A DNA stretch of 64,000 nt from Vicinamibacteria bacterium (GCA_963668695.2 CAXXLQ010000004.1:1184001-1248000); one strand, 5' to 3'. Numbered from the stretch's first letter, positions 49,673-60,024 are shown. A program made the numbers and translations. The notes: a model not told the origin generated them from the letters alone.

Positions 49673-52600
49673 GTGGGTCTCGTGGATGGGCAAAAACGGC
49701 AGGCGCTCCGGCGCCGGGTCCGCCCTTTAGCGCGCTTTCTCCTGGCCGCGGCCCTCGGCTGCCTCCACGCCCCGAACCTCGCCGCCCAGGCCGGGACCAC
49801 CACCGGCGTCATCCGCGGAGAGGTCAGCGACCCGCTCGGCAACCCGGTGCCGGGCGCGGCCATCGTGATCCAGCACCGGGGCACCGATCTCGTCACCACC
49901 GTCGAAACATCGCGCCAAGGAAAGTTCGTCCGCAACCTGCTGCCTCCCGGGACCTACGACCTGACCGTCACCGCCGCCGGCGGGTTCGGGACCGAGCGCA
50001 TCGAGGGCGCGATCCTGCGGGTGGGGGAGGTGCTCCACTTCCACCTCGATCTCCACATCGTGGCCGCCGAAACGGTCACGGTCTTCGGCGAGCTGCCTTC
50101 GCCGATCGAGACCACGGATTTCACCCGCTCCCAGCGTCTCCGGGAAGACGTCGTGGATGCGGTGCCGAGCAACGGCCGCAACTTCGTGGACCTGACGCTG
50201 CTCACCCCGGGGGCGTCCATCTCCCAGGGACCGGACGGCGACGAACTGAACATCAACGGCCAGCGCGGCATCTTCAACAACTTCATCGTGGACGGCGCCG
50301 ACTTCAACAACCCCTTCTTCGGGGAACAGCGCGGCGGACAGCGTCCCGCGTTCACCTTCAACCAGGACGCCATCGGCGAGCTGGTGATCGTGAACCAGGG
50401 AGCCCCCGCGGAGTTCGGCCGGTCGGCCGGTGGTTTCATCAACGTCATCACCAAATCGGGCACCAACGATTTCTCCGGCTCGGGCCACTACTTCGGCCAG
50501 TGGGACGAGATTGCGGCGGAGTACTCCGCAGATAGAGGAGGCGGGAAACCGGATTTCGGACGGAGCCAGTTCGGCGCGACCGTGGGAGGCCCCCTCGCGC
50601 GCGACCGGGCGTTCTTCTTCCTGGCCTACGACCAGCAGGCGGCCGTCGAAACGAAGCAGACGACCCGGCGGGTCGCGAATGCGGCGAACCTGGAGCGGCT
50701 CGACGCCTTCCTGAGAACGCGCTGGCCCGGCCTGTTCGACGACGAATTCGGGCCCATCCGCCGCACCGACGACGCCCGGTCCCTTCTCGCCAAGCTGGAC
50801 TTCAACCTGAGCGGCCGGCACCAGGCGTCGCTCAAATACAACTACACCTGGTCGGAACAGGTGAACGGCACCTTTGACGTGGACTCCTGGGGGGCGTCCG
50901 CCAACGGCATCGAGGGAGACCGCTCCCACGCCGTGAACGGGAGTCTCCGCTCGCTGCTCACGAACGCGCTCGCGAACGAGCTGCGGATCCAGTGGGCGCG
51001 GGAGGACCGGCCCCGCTGGTACGACGGCCCGCTCGTTCCCGGGGCCAATCATCCCGGCCAGCCCCAATTCGACCGGCTCGGCGGACGTCCCTTCCCCGAC
51101 ATCGCCATGGATTTCACGGACGGCTTCCGGATCGGACTGCCCTTCTTCCTTCCGATCGATCCGTCCTTCGACGACCGGCTCCAGGTCGTGGACAACCTGT
51201 CCTACGCCACCGGCTCCCATCTCTTCAAGGCCGGACTCGAATACAACCGGACCCGGGTGGAACAGCAGTTCATCGGCATGGCGAACAGCCGCTACATCTT
51301 CGACTCGGTGGATGGTTTCGTCGGCTTCGTCACGCACGGCAGCGGCTACCTGCACTGCTCCGACGGGTCGGCCGGCGCCACCGGGGTCTGTCCCGAGGGC
51401 AGCGCGATCACCGGCCCGGTGCTCCTCTACCTGCAGTCGGCGACCGTTCCGGGCATTCCCACCGACCAGCTTGGACGACAGGAGGCCCGGATGCACGAGT
51501 TGGGAGCCTTTCTCCAGGACACCTGGCATCCGCACGACCACCTGACCCTCGACATCGGGCTCCGCTGGGACGGCACCTGGCACCCGGACGTCTTCGTCGA
51601 GCCGGCCGAGACCTTCTTCGCACCCTATCTCGACGACCCGGCGTTCCCCTCCGACGGCCGGATCCCCGACGATCTCGACAACCTGCAGCCACGCCTCGGT
51701 TTCGCCTGGGACCTCGCCGGCGACGGGCGCACCGTGGCGCGCGCCGCCGCCGGTTCCTATGTTTCCCGGATCCCGATGCTGGTCTTCGCCCAGCACCGCT
51801 CCACGAACGGCGCCTTCCAACAGACCCTCTTCCGCAGCAGCGCCGACACGTTCCTCGGCCCGGTGCCGGAGATCGACCGCCAGCTCGACGCCTCGACCAC
51901 GCCGCCCTTCCTGCCGGACATCCAGGTCGCCGACCGCCACCTCGAACTTCCGCGTACCTGGTCGTTCAGCCTCGGGTTGGACCGGGATCTGGGGCGGGGG
52001 ATGGCGGCGAGCGCCACCTTCGTGTACGTGCGGACCGACCAGCTCTTCCGGTTCGTGAACCGCAACGACCCCGCTTTCGACTCCCCGTTCGGCGTCGGCA
52101 CCCACCCTTCCGGCGGAGGAATCAACGCCCTCACCGTCGCGGAAAGCAGCGCCCGTTCGCGGTACCAGGCGCTGACCCTCGGGATTCGCGGCTGGAGTTC
52201 GCTCGGGAACCGTCCCCTCACCTTCGAAACCCACTACACCCTCGCCTTCGATCGCTCGGACGACGACAACGAGCGGGACCCGTTCACTTTCCGCTACGCG
52301 AATGCCTCGAATCTCGCTCCCGAATTCGGCTGGTCGGACCGCGACCGCCGCCACCAGGTGAGCGGCTACCTGCTCGTCACCCTCCCGGGCGACGTGAAGT
52401 GGAGCAACGTGTTCCGTTACCAGACGGCCTCGCCGGCCTCCGAGGCGTGCGCCCACCGGGGCGAGCGGGCGAACCAGCCGTCGGACCGCATCTGCGCCGA
52501 CGGGTCCATCCTCACCCGCAACACCCTGCGCCGCGAAAACGAGTTCGTCACCTGGGACCTCAGGATCTCAAGAAGCTTCACGCTCCCGAACGGCCTGGCC

Positions 52601-52753
52601 GTCGAGCCGATCGCTGAGGTGTTCAACCTGACGGGCGCCGACAACTTCCTCGACAGTCACACCGGTTCGCTGCTGTTCAACTTCGACGGATCGCTCCGCA
52701 GCGGGCTCGGCGACACGCGGAGGGGGCAGCTCGGAATCAGTCTGCGATTCTGA
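49673..52753 (+). CDS. TonB-dependent receptor (Oar-like)
   Basis: NGRNF, AEFGRSAGGFINVITKSGTN, QPRLGFAWD, terminal LRF. Confidence 0.92.
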   Translation: MGLVDGQKRQALRRRVRPLARFLLAAALGCLHAPNLAAQAGTTTGVIRGEVSDPLGNPVPGAAIVIQHRGTDLVTTVETSRQGKFVRNLLPPGTYDLTVTAAGGFGTERIEGAILRVGEVLHFHLDLHIVAAETVTVFGELPSPIETTDFTRSQRLREDVVDAVPSNGRNFVDLTLLTPGASISQGPDGDELNINGQRGIFNNFIVDGADFNNPFFGEQRGGQRPAFTFNQDAIGELVIVNQGAPAEFGRSAGGFINVITKSGTNDFSGSGHYFGQWDEIAAEYSADRGGGKPDFGRSQFGATVGGPLARDRAFFFLAYDQQAAVETKQTTRRVANAANLERLDAFLRTRWPGLFDDEFGPIRRTDDARSLLAKLDFNLSGRHQASLKYNYTWSEQVNGTFDVDSWGASANGIEGDRSHAVNGSLRSLLTNALANELRIQWAREDRPRWYDGPLVPGANHPGQPQFDRLGGRPFPDIAMDFTDGFRIGLPFFLPIDPSFDDRLQVVDNLSYATGSHLFKAGLEYNRTRVEQQFIGMANSRYIFDSVDGFVGFVTHGSGYLHCSDGSAGATGVCPEGSAITGPVLLYLQSATVPGIPTDQLGRQEARMHELGAFLQDTWHPHDHLTLDIGLRWDGTWHPDVFVEPAETFFAPYLDDPAFPSDGRIPDDLDNLQPRLGFAWDLAGDGRTVARAAAGSYVSRIPMLVFAQHRSTNGAFQQTLFRSSADTFLGPVPEIDRQLDASTTPPFLPDIQVADRHLELPRTWSFSLGLDRDLGRGMAASATFVYVRTDQLFRFVNRNDPAFDSPFGVGTHPSGGGINALTVAESSARSRYQALTLGIRGWSSLGNRPLTFETHYTLAFDRSDDDNERDPFTFRYANASNLAPEFGWSDRDRRHQVSGYLLVTLPGDVKWSNVFRYQTASPASEACAHRGERANQPSDRICADGSILTRNTLRRENEFVTWDLRISRSFTLPNGLAVEPIAEVFNLTGADNFLDSHTGSLLFNFDGSLRSGLGDTRRGQLGISLRF

Positions 52754-52771
52754 GCGCCCCGCCGCCGGGGA

Positions 52772-55225
52772 TCAGAAGAACCTGAGCGAGTAGCTGATCC
52801 GGAAGCCGCGCCCCATCTGCGGGGCGAGATCCTTGATCAGTGACGTGTGATGGCGGTACTCGGCGTCGGTGATGTTGTAGGCCCGCAGCGAAATGTTCTG
52901 GGTGGTGTGCGTGCCAACGAACACGTAGGAGGCGGTGAAATCCAGCACCGCGTAGCCGTCGGTCGCTGTCTCGCCCTGATATAGCCGGTCCATCCGGGCG
53001 GCCCAGCGCACCCTGGGGGCGAGCCGCAACCGGCCGACCGGGATGTCCAGCCTCAACTGTCCGCCCAGCGGAGGGATGCGAGGCACGTACTCGTTCGTGC
53101 CGGTGAGTTTTGCGTCCACGTAGGAAGCGTTCGCCACCACTTCCGCCGCGCCGATGGATAAGTGCCCCTCGACTTCGAATCCCTGGTAGGTGGCGTCCGA
53201 CTGCAGGAATTCGAGGACCGGAAGCCCCCCTTCCTCCTCTCCCTGGGCGGTGCCGAAGATGAAATCGGAGATGTCGTAGCGGAACGCGCTGATGCTGCCA
53301 CTGAGCCGTTCCGAACTCTGGCGGAGGCTCAGGTCGAAGCCAAGGGACCGTTCCGGATCGAGGTTGGGGTTGCCGATTTCGAATGCCAGGTTTCCGACGT
53401 GCGGACCAAAGTTGTAGAGCTCCTCCAACGAGGGGCTGCGAGAGGAAAGGCTGGCGGTGCCGACCAGAGCGGTCGAGTCGCTCAACGAGAAACGGGCCCC
53501 GGCGCTCGCGGAGGCGCCCAGGAAGTTGCGGTCCACCACGTCCGGCAAGACCCGTTCTTCGTCGTGTCCCTCCTCTTCGTGTTCTTCTTGCTGCTCTTCC
53601 CCCTCTTGGTGCTCGGCCTCCTCCTCGCCGTGGGCGTGCTCCGCCGCCTCCGGACGTTCCCCGGCGTCGTAGGCGTTTCGTTCAACCCGCGCCCCAACCA
53701 GCAGGCTTAGCTGGTCCGACGCCCGGATCTCGTTGTAGGCGAAGGCCGCGAGCGCCTTCTGCTGGGTCGCCGGCGCCAGGGCCTCCTCACCCGTCGCCTC
53801 GTACTCCCGCAGATGGCCCCAGAGTCCGACCCGACTGGTCACCCGCCCGGATAGCTTCTTCAGTTCGGCGCGGAGCACGAGAGACCGGTTGTCGAAGTGG
53901 GTGGCCACCTCTTCCGGACCGCCCGCCGCCAGGCTCTCGATCTCGTCCTGATCGTAGTCGCTGTAGCGGACAGTGAACTCGGCCTCCTTGAATAGTGCGT
54001 CGAGCTCGCGAATTCCGAAGTCCGTCCGGAACTGCCGCCGGTTCATCGCGACGTCCACCGCGAGTTCTGCCTCGTCGTCGTGTTCCCCCTCTGCCTCCTC
54101 GTGGTGCTCCTCCCCTTCTTCTTCCGCCTCGTGCTGCCCCTCCTCCGCGGGCCCGTGCGCTCCCTGAAATGCGCCTGCGAACGGAACGCCGTAGCGGGAG
54201 TCGTCCAGCCGCGCGCTGCCGGAGAACCAGGTGCGGTCGCGGAACATTCCGAACCCCACTTCCCCCTGATGCATCGAAGCGGCGGAGTTCTCAACCACTC
54301 CCGCTGGAGAGGCGTAGTCGTTCGTGCGATTCGAGTTCCCGCCGCCCCATACGAACCAGCCGGTGCCGGCAGCCTGCGCGCGGACTCCGCCGCGGATGCC
54401 TTCATCCGCCGTCGAATAGTCGAGATTGGCCTGTCCCCGGAAGCCGGGCAGCGGGGAATGCGCCAGGTGGGAACCCATCGAGATGACGTTCACGGCGCCG
54501 CCGATGGCGTTCGACCCGTAGAGCAGGGTGGCCGGGCCGCGCACCACCTCGACCCGCTCGGCCTGGAGGGGATCCACCGGGACGCCGTGGTCGGCGGACT
54601 GGCTGCCCAGATCTCCCGTTCTGACGCCGTCTTCCATGATCAGGACGCGGTCGCCGTCGAAACCCCGCACCACCGGACGGGCCGAACCGGGCCCGAAGCT
54701 GCGTATCGCGACGCCCGGGGAACTCTCCAGCAGTTCCGCGAGCGTTCGGGCTGATTCGTTCTGAAGATCGAGCCCCTCCATCGCGTGTACCGAACCGAAG
54801 GTCTGGAACGGCGAGGAGCCGCTCGCCGATGCGGTCACGGTGACCCGTTCGTGCATCCGGTGGCGCGACTGGAGAAGGATGGGTTCGGCGATCTGGAACG
54901 CGACCTCCTCCAGCACGTCCACCACCACGGTGCGGACCGCGCTGAGGAAACCGAGATCCACATGGATTGTGAAGGCGCCGAGATGATCGACCTCCTCGAA
55001 CACGAAGTGGCCGTCCGCGTCCGTGTGGACCACCTGGTTCGTTTCGAGAAGAACCACCTCGGCGTCGTGCGCCGGTTCGCCGTTCTCAGCGACGAGGACG
55101 GTGCCGGAAATCCTCGGGTGCGCCCAGGCGGCGCTCGGGAAGGCCAACGCGCAGGCGAGGACGACAGCTCGCCGCACCGGCCGGTGAAGATGGAAGAAGA
55201 GGGGAAGGGAGAACTGCCGCAGCAT
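52772..55225 (-). CDS. ZnuD-like TonB-dependent receptor with His/Glu-rich loops
   Basis: ARPVVRG, SADH, RGPATLLYGSNAIGGAVN, PSLEELY..GPH...FEIGN; two H/E-rich insertions. Confidence 0.88.
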   Translation of the reverse strand: MLRQFSLPLFFHLHRPVRRAVVLACALAFPSAAWAHPRISGTVLVAENGEPAHDAEVVLLETNQVVHTDADGHFVFEEVDHLGAFTIHVDLGFLSAVRTVVVDVLEEVAFQIAEPILLQSRHRMHERVTVTASASGSSPFQTFGSVHAMEGLDLQNESARTLAELLESSPGVAIRSFGPGSARPVVRGFDGDRVLIMEDGVRTGDLGSQSADHGVPVDPLQAERVEVVRGPATLLYGSNAIGGAVNVISMGSHLAHSPLPGFRGQANLDYSTADEGIRGGVRAQAAGTGWFVWGGGNSNRTNDYASPAGVVENSAASMHQGEVGFGMFRDRTWFSGSARLDDSRYGVPFAGAFQGAHGPAEEGQHEAEEEGEEHHEEAEGEHDDEAELAVDVAMNRRQFRTDFGIRELDALFKEAEFTVRYSDYDQDEIESLAAGGPEEVATHFDNRSLVLRAELKKLSGRVTSRVGLWGHLREYEATGEEALAPATQQKALAAFAYNEIRASDQLSLLVGARVERNAYDAGERPEAAEHAHGEEEAEHQEGEEQQEEHEEEGHDEERVLPDVVDRNFLGASASAGARFSLSDSTALVGTASLSSRSPSLEELYNFGPHVGNLAFEIGNPNLDPERSLGFDLSLRQSSERLSGSISAFRYDISDFIFGTAQGEEEGGLPVLEFLQSDATYQGFEVEGHLSIGAAEVVANASYVDAKLTGTNEYVPRIPPLGGQLRLDIPVGRLRLAPRVRWAARMDRLYQGETATDGYAVLDFTASYVFVGTHTTQNISLRAYNITDAEYRHHTSLIKDLAPQMGRGFRISYSLRFF

Positions 55226-55236
55226 TGGTTGGACCT

Positions 55237-55332
55237 CCTGAACGCTTCTGGCGCGGGAGGAACCGGCCGTCCAAAGGCCCGCCGACGAGGGGGCCGGATG
55301 GTTCCTGGCTTGGAGTACGCCGGCCGTTCAGG
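55237..55332 (-). promoter_or_regulatory. Stem-loop joining the leader-peptide stop to the receptor RBS
   Basis: Inverted repeats 55237-55244/55325-55332 (8 bp) and 55258-55264/55300-55306 (7 bp), plus inner GGCCC/GGGCC. Confidence 0.6.
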
Positions 55333-55606
55333 CGGGTGGTGCGCGGGGAGCGCCGGGGGCCGCGGCAGGTGCGGCCGGGGCGAGCTGCGCGTCTTCGATG
55401 CGGAGTCCGGCCCTGCCGGGCGCGGCCGGGAGTTCCGGCCCGTCCTCGAAGACGGCAGTCTCCGCCCCGGCGACCTTGCAGATCCGGCACTGGGAATCGG
55501 TCTGGTCGGGATGCTCGTGGGCGACAGCCCCGAGCGGGGCCGCCAGGACAAGCGCGACCACGGTGGCCGCCACCAGGAATCTGGAGAATGGGCCGACGTG
55601 CTTCAC
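55328..55606 (-). CDS. DUF2946 / CruR-CutF-like leader peptide
   Basis: Signal-like N-terminus, HEH, CRIC (CxxC), C-terminal RAPP. Confidence 0.8.
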   Translation of the reverse strand: MKHVGPFSRFLVAATVVALVLAAPLGAVAHEHPDQTDSQCRICKVAGAETAVFEDGPELPAAPGRAGLRIEDAQLAPAAPAAAPGAPRAPPA

Positions 55607-55688
55607 CGCGAAGGAACCTGCGCTTTCTGATGCTAGCACCGGCGCCCGGGGTAGGGGGAAGGGGCTCTCCGAGGCCGGTTTCGGGCTG

Positions 55689-56306
55689 CTAGCGGGGGAT
55701 CAGTTCGATGACGATGTTTCGCAGCGGCGCGTCCCCGATGTTTTTCACGACGTGCACCACCGGCGGGTTGAACTTGATGGTGCCGGGGATCTGGGTCTTG
55801 AACACTTCATCCGTGCCGTCGGGCCACTGCTGGAGTTCGGTGGCCCCCATCACCAGCACCACCCGCTGGGCGTGCGAATGCCGCTCTCGCGTGTCCCCGG
55901 GTTCGAGCCGTTCCTCGAACACGAAATAGCCCTCGCTGTCGTAGAGCCGCTCGTTCTTGCCCGCGGCGATGGGCACCGCCGGCCCCTCGACCGCCGGATG
56001 GCCGGCCTTCAGGTTGACCTCGGCGAACTCGTGGCCGCGGATTTCGTAGGACTCGCCCGACTCGGCGACGAAGACCTCGGCGTAGTCGAGCCGGACCGGG
56101 GATCCGCCCGACGGGACGACGCTCAGCTCGCCGAACGCGACGATGATCCGGTTCCCGCATCCGGGGCCGGCGTTAGCGCAGGGCGCCGCGTTCCGGTGTA
56201 CGGCGGCGAAGGCGTTATCGAGGACCAGAGTCTCGTCCTCGGCGACGACGAAGGCTGCGAGGCCGGCCAGCGTGAAGGCGAGGGGGACGATTCGGAGACT
56301 GCGCAT
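55689..56306 (-). CDS. Exported cupin-like protein
   Basis: Signal peptide; HSH...H VVKNIG cupin motif. Confidence 0.65.
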   Translation of the reverse strand: MRSLRIVPLAFTLAGLAAFVVAEDETLVLDNAFAAVHRNAAPCANAGPGCGNRIIVAFGELSVVPSGGSPVRLDYAEVFVAESGESYEIRGHEFAEVNLKAGHPAVEGPAVPIAAGKNERLYDSEGYFVFEERLEPGDTRERHSHAQRVVLVMGATELQQWPDGTDEVFKTQIPGTIKFNPPVVHVVKNIGDAPLRNIVIELIPR

Positions 56307-56379
56307 GGCCGCAATCTAACAGGCCGTTCCGCGCCGGAGGCCGCCGCTACCATACGAGCCGGGAAATCGCTGGAGATCG

Positions 56380-58611
56380 TTGGGAGAGAAGGGTTTGCCG
56401 GGATGCACCGAGAGCTGCCGGAGGGCGGCGCTGTTCCTTTTGCTGGCGCTTTCGGGAATTCCGGTCGCGGCCCAGGATGGCGCCCAACCGACTCCCGAGC
56501 CGGAGGACGACCGCGACGCCTGGGGCGCCCCGGGCCTGCACCGCATCGCCCTCTACCCGACCCCGGACCTCGCTCCCGCCGGGGGAACCGCCTTCCTCCG
56601 TTGGGACCCGAGCCCGTTCGGAGTCTCGGTAACCCGCGACGGGAACCAGCGGTACCGCCTTGACCTTGAAATCGAAGGACTCCCCGAGCCCGGGTCCCTC
56701 GGCGACTACCGGACGTGGGTCGCCTGGGCGACCACTCCGGTCATGGATCCGGTGGTCCGGCTTGGGGAGGTCGGGAATGGAACCTTCCCGGCCCTCGGAC
56801 CGGTGGCGTTCGACAAGTTCGTGATCCTGGTGAGCGCCGAGCCCTCGGCCACGGTCGAGACCCGCACCGGCCGCCTCGCCCTCCGCGGGGCCTCCCCTTC
56901 CACCCGGATCCTTCCGGACAACCACCTCATGGTGCCGGTCAGCGGCAGCGGCGAGAGCGGGGCCGCGACGATGGATCACGGCGCGATGGACCATGCCGCG
57001 ATGGGACACGGCGCCGCTTCCGACGAACCGGCGTGGTCCCATCCTCCCATGCTCCCCGAGACCCCCATGATCCCGGGACTCGGACACCTGCGGCCGGAAC
57101 CCCTTCCCTTCCTGCCGCGGGTGGCGCCGGATGAATCGCTTCCCGACGCCGTCCCCTCCCAGATCGTGCGCCTCCGGGACGGCCAGACGCTCGACCTGCT
57201 CGCGGGCCGGGTACGCCGCCGCATCCACGGGCGCGACTACGTGATGTACGGGTTCAACGGGCAGTACCCGGGACCGCTCATCCACGTGGACCAGGACTCC
57301 ACGATCTTCGTCAACTTCGAGAACCAGACGTCGTGGCCCACCGCGATCCACTGGCACGGGGTGCGCCTCGACAACGCCTTCGACGGGGTACCCCACCTGA
57401 CCCAGGACCCGGTGCCCCCCGGCGGGCGCTTCGAGTACCGGATCTTCTTTCCGGATGCCGGCCTCTACTGGTACCACCCCCACCACCGCGAGGAAGTGCA
57501 GCAGGACCTCGGTCTCTACGGAAACATGCTGGTCGAGGCCCCGCCCGGCGAGTGGTACGCGCCGGTGCACCGGGAGGAGATCCTCATGCTCGACGATCTC
57601 CTGATCGCCGATGACGGGGGGCTTTTTCCCTGGGGGGTGGAGCGGGCCACCCATTCGCTGATGGGCCGCTTCGGCAACCTGTTGCTCGTGAACGGCGAGC
57701 CCGATTACGAACTGGATCTCGACCGGGGCGAAGTCGTCCGCTTCTTCCTCACGAACGTCTCGAATACGCGGACCTTCAACCTGTCCTTCGGCGAGCCCGG
57801 CACCCATCGGATCAAGGTGGTCGGGTCCGATCTCTCGAAGTTCGAGCGGGAGAGCTGGGTGGATTCGGTGACGCTGGCGCCCGCCGAGCGTTACATCGTG
57901 GAGGTCCGTTACGAGACGGCGGGCGGGCACGCTCTCGAGAACCGCGTGCGCCCGCTCGAGCACGCCTTCGGGAGCTACTTCTCACGGGTCACTCGACTGG
58001 GAATGGTTCGGGTCAGGGACCGGGGAGCGGACCCGGCCGTCGCCCCGGGCTACGACGAGCTACGGGAAAACGCTGCCGTCATCGAAGATGTGGACCGCTA
58101 CCGGAGCCATTTCGACCGAGTCCCCGACTACGAACTGTCGCTCACGATGGAGGTCGCGGGACTCGAACCCGCCATCATGCAGCGCATGCGCGCCGACCGG
58201 GTCTTCTTTCCGGCGGTCGAGTGGGCGGACACCATGCCGATGATGAACTCGGTCGCCACCCCCGAGGAGGTGCGCTGGATCGTGCGCGAGCCAGCGACCG
58301 GCCGTGAGGACATGGACATTGCCTGGCGTTTCCGGGTCGGTGACATCGTCACGATCCGCATCGAAAACGACGCCGGCGCCCTCCACGCCATGCAGCATCC
58401 CTTCCACATCCACGGCCAGCGGTTCCTGGTGGTCCGGCGGAACGGCACCCGGGTAACGAACCAGGTGTTCAAGGACACCGTCCTCATCCCGGCCGGGGAG
58501 ACGGTGGACCTCCTGCTCGAGATCACGAACCCCGGGAAGTGGATGGCGCACTGCCACATCGCCGAACACCTCGAAGCCGGCATGCGCTTCGTCTTCGAAG
58601 TGGATCCCTGA
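56380..58611 (+). CDS. Multicopper oxidase with N-terminal extension
   Basis: HWHG, WYHPH, HPFHIHG, HCHIAEHLEAGM; Met/His-rich linker. Confidence 0.92.
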   Translation: MGEKGLPGCTESCRRAALFLLLALSGIPVAAQDGAQPTPEPEDDRDAWGAPGLHRIALYPTPDLAPAGGTAFLRWDPSPFGVSVTRDGNQRYRLDLEIEGLPEPGSLGDYRTWVAWATTPVMDPVVRLGEVGNGTFPALGPVAFDKFVILVSAEPSATVETRTGRLALRGASPSTRILPDNHLMVPVSGSGESGAATMDHGAMDHAAMGHGAASDEPAWSHPPMLPETPMIPGLGHLRPEPLPFLPRVAPDESLPDAVPSQIVRLRDGQTLDLLAGRVRRRIHGRDYVMYGFNGQYPGPLIHVDQDSTIFVNFENQTSWPTAIHWHGVRLDNAFDGVPHLTQDPVPPGGRFEYRIFFPDAGLYWYHPHHREEVQQDLGLYGNMLVEAPPGEWYAPVHREEILMLDDLLIADDGGLFPWGVERATHSLMGRFGNLLLVNGEPDYELDLDRGEVVRFFLTNVSNTRTFNLSFGEPGTHRIKVVGSDLSKFERESWVDSVTLAPAERYIVEVRYETAGGHALENRVRPLEHAFGSYFSRVTRLGMVRVRDRGADPAVAPGYDELRENAAVIEDVDRYRSHFDRVPDYELSLTMEVAGLEPAIMQRMRADRVFFPAVEWADTMPMMNSVATPEEVRWIVREPATGREDMDIAWRFRVGDIVTIRIENDAGALHAMQHPFHIHGQRFLVVRRNGTRVTNQVFKDTVLIPAGETVDLLLEITNPGKWMAHCHIAEHLEAGMRFVFEVDP

Positions 58612-58754
58612 GCGGCTATCCGCCGCGAAGGCGCGCACTGCCGATCAGCGCGAAGCGCGGGGACGGCAGAGCGAAACGCGCGTTGCCGATCAGCGAAGGC
58701 CCGCTCAAAAGGGGAGCGCGCGCTGCCCACTCACGTAGAGCGCGCGCATGCAAT

Positions 58755-58795
58755 GGAACGCCGACCTCTGGCCAGTTCTCCCGGTGGGGGCTCCG
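58755..58795 (+). repeat. REP-like hairpin with inverted 19-nt insert (58772-58790)
   Basis: GGAACGCCGACCTCTGG[insert]C versus the empty GGAACGCCGACCTCCGGGCGGC near 22267. Confidence 0.65.
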
Positions 58796-58959
58796 CTGTC
58801 GCGCGTTGTCAAGAGAGGTGGGTGTCTTGGCACAGGCTGTCAACTCTACGGATCCACGACCCCCTTCCCGCTTCCGAAGAGATGCCGCAGCAAGAAACGG
58901 ATGGACGCGCGGCCGGCGCTGCGCTGAAATGACCCTCACAGCGAAGCGCTGGGGGATAA

Positions 58960-60024
58960 ATGCCGATGCCATCTGAACAGGAAATGCGCGCAGCGATTGC
59001 GGCGCGAGACCAGACCTACGACGGCCGCTTCTTCTACGCAGTGGTTACCACGGGCGTTTTCTGCCGGCCCTCGTGCGCCGCGCGACCGGCTCGACCGGAG
59101 AACCTGCGGTTTTTCCGGGACCCTGACTCCGCTCTGGCCGCAGGCTTCAGGCCGTGCAAACGCTGCCGACCAACGGACCCGGGGCTGATTCAACTCGTAG
59201 GCGTCGCCAGGTTCATTGAAGCCCACGCCGAGGAGCGCCTGACATTGGATGGGCTCGCAAAGCAGGTAGCCCTTTCGCCCTCGCGTTTCCAGCGTGTCTT
59301 CAAGGCAGCGTTCGGCGTCTCGCCCAAGGCCTATCAGGACGCAGTTCGGATGAAGCGCTTCAAGACGGCCCTGAAGGAGGGTGACGACATCACCGGCGCG
59401 ATCTTCTCAGCGGGCTTTGGATCCATAAGTCGAGTCTACGGAGAACGTGTGCGCAACATCGGGATGACGCCGAAGGCCTACCGCGCCGGTGGCGCGGGAG
59501 AGACGATTGCATACGCATGGAGAAACACGGCGCTCGGCACCGCACTCATGGGAGCTACCGAACGGGGTGTGTGCTTCGTGCAGTTCGGGAAGGACCTGGA
59601 GACCCTTCTCGAGCAGTTACGCGGTGAGTTTCCGAATGCAGAGCTCATCGCCTCGGACGCGCAAGAGGCCCCTGAACTGGACGCGTGGGTCGAGGCGCTG
59701 GATGCGCACCTGGGCCAAGGGGCCCCTCGACCCGATCTGCCGCTCGATCTGCGCGGGACAGCCTTTCAAATGAAAGTTTGGCGCTTTCTCTTGAGTGTGC
59801 GAGAGGGCGAGGTGATCAGCTACGGTGAGCTCGCCAGCCAAATCGAGGAACCGAGAGCGGTTCGGGCCGTTGCTTCGGCATGCGCGGCGAACCGCATTGC
59901 GGTGCTGGTGCCTTGCCACCGCGTGTTACGGGGGGACGGCAATCTTGGCGGCTATCGCTCCGGGCTGAAGCGGAAACGGGCACTCCTCGACGCGGAACGG
60001 TCCAGGAGGGCAGCTTCGCCGTGA
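58960..60024 (+). CDS. ada: Bifunctional Ada regulator / O6-methylguanine-DNA methyltransferase
   Basis: FCRPSC, FRPCKRC, AraC HTH, VPCHRV. Confidence 0.93.
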   Translation: MPMPSEQEMRAAIAARDQTYDGRFFYAVVTTGVFCRPSCAARPARPENLRFFRDPDSALAAGFRPCKRCRPTDPGLIQLVGVARFIEAHAEERLTLDGLAKQVALSPSRFQRVFKAAFGVSPKAYQDAVRMKRFKTALKEGDDITGAIFSAGFGSISRVYGERVRNIGMTPKAYRAGGAGETIAYAWRNTALGTALMGATERGVCFVQFGKDLETLLEQLRGEFPNAELIASDAQEAPELDAWVEALDAHLGQGAPRPDLPLDLRGTAFQMKVWRFLLSVREGEVISYGELASQIEEPRAVRAVASACAANRIAVLVPCHRVLRGDGNLGGYRSGLKRKRALLDAERSRRAASP

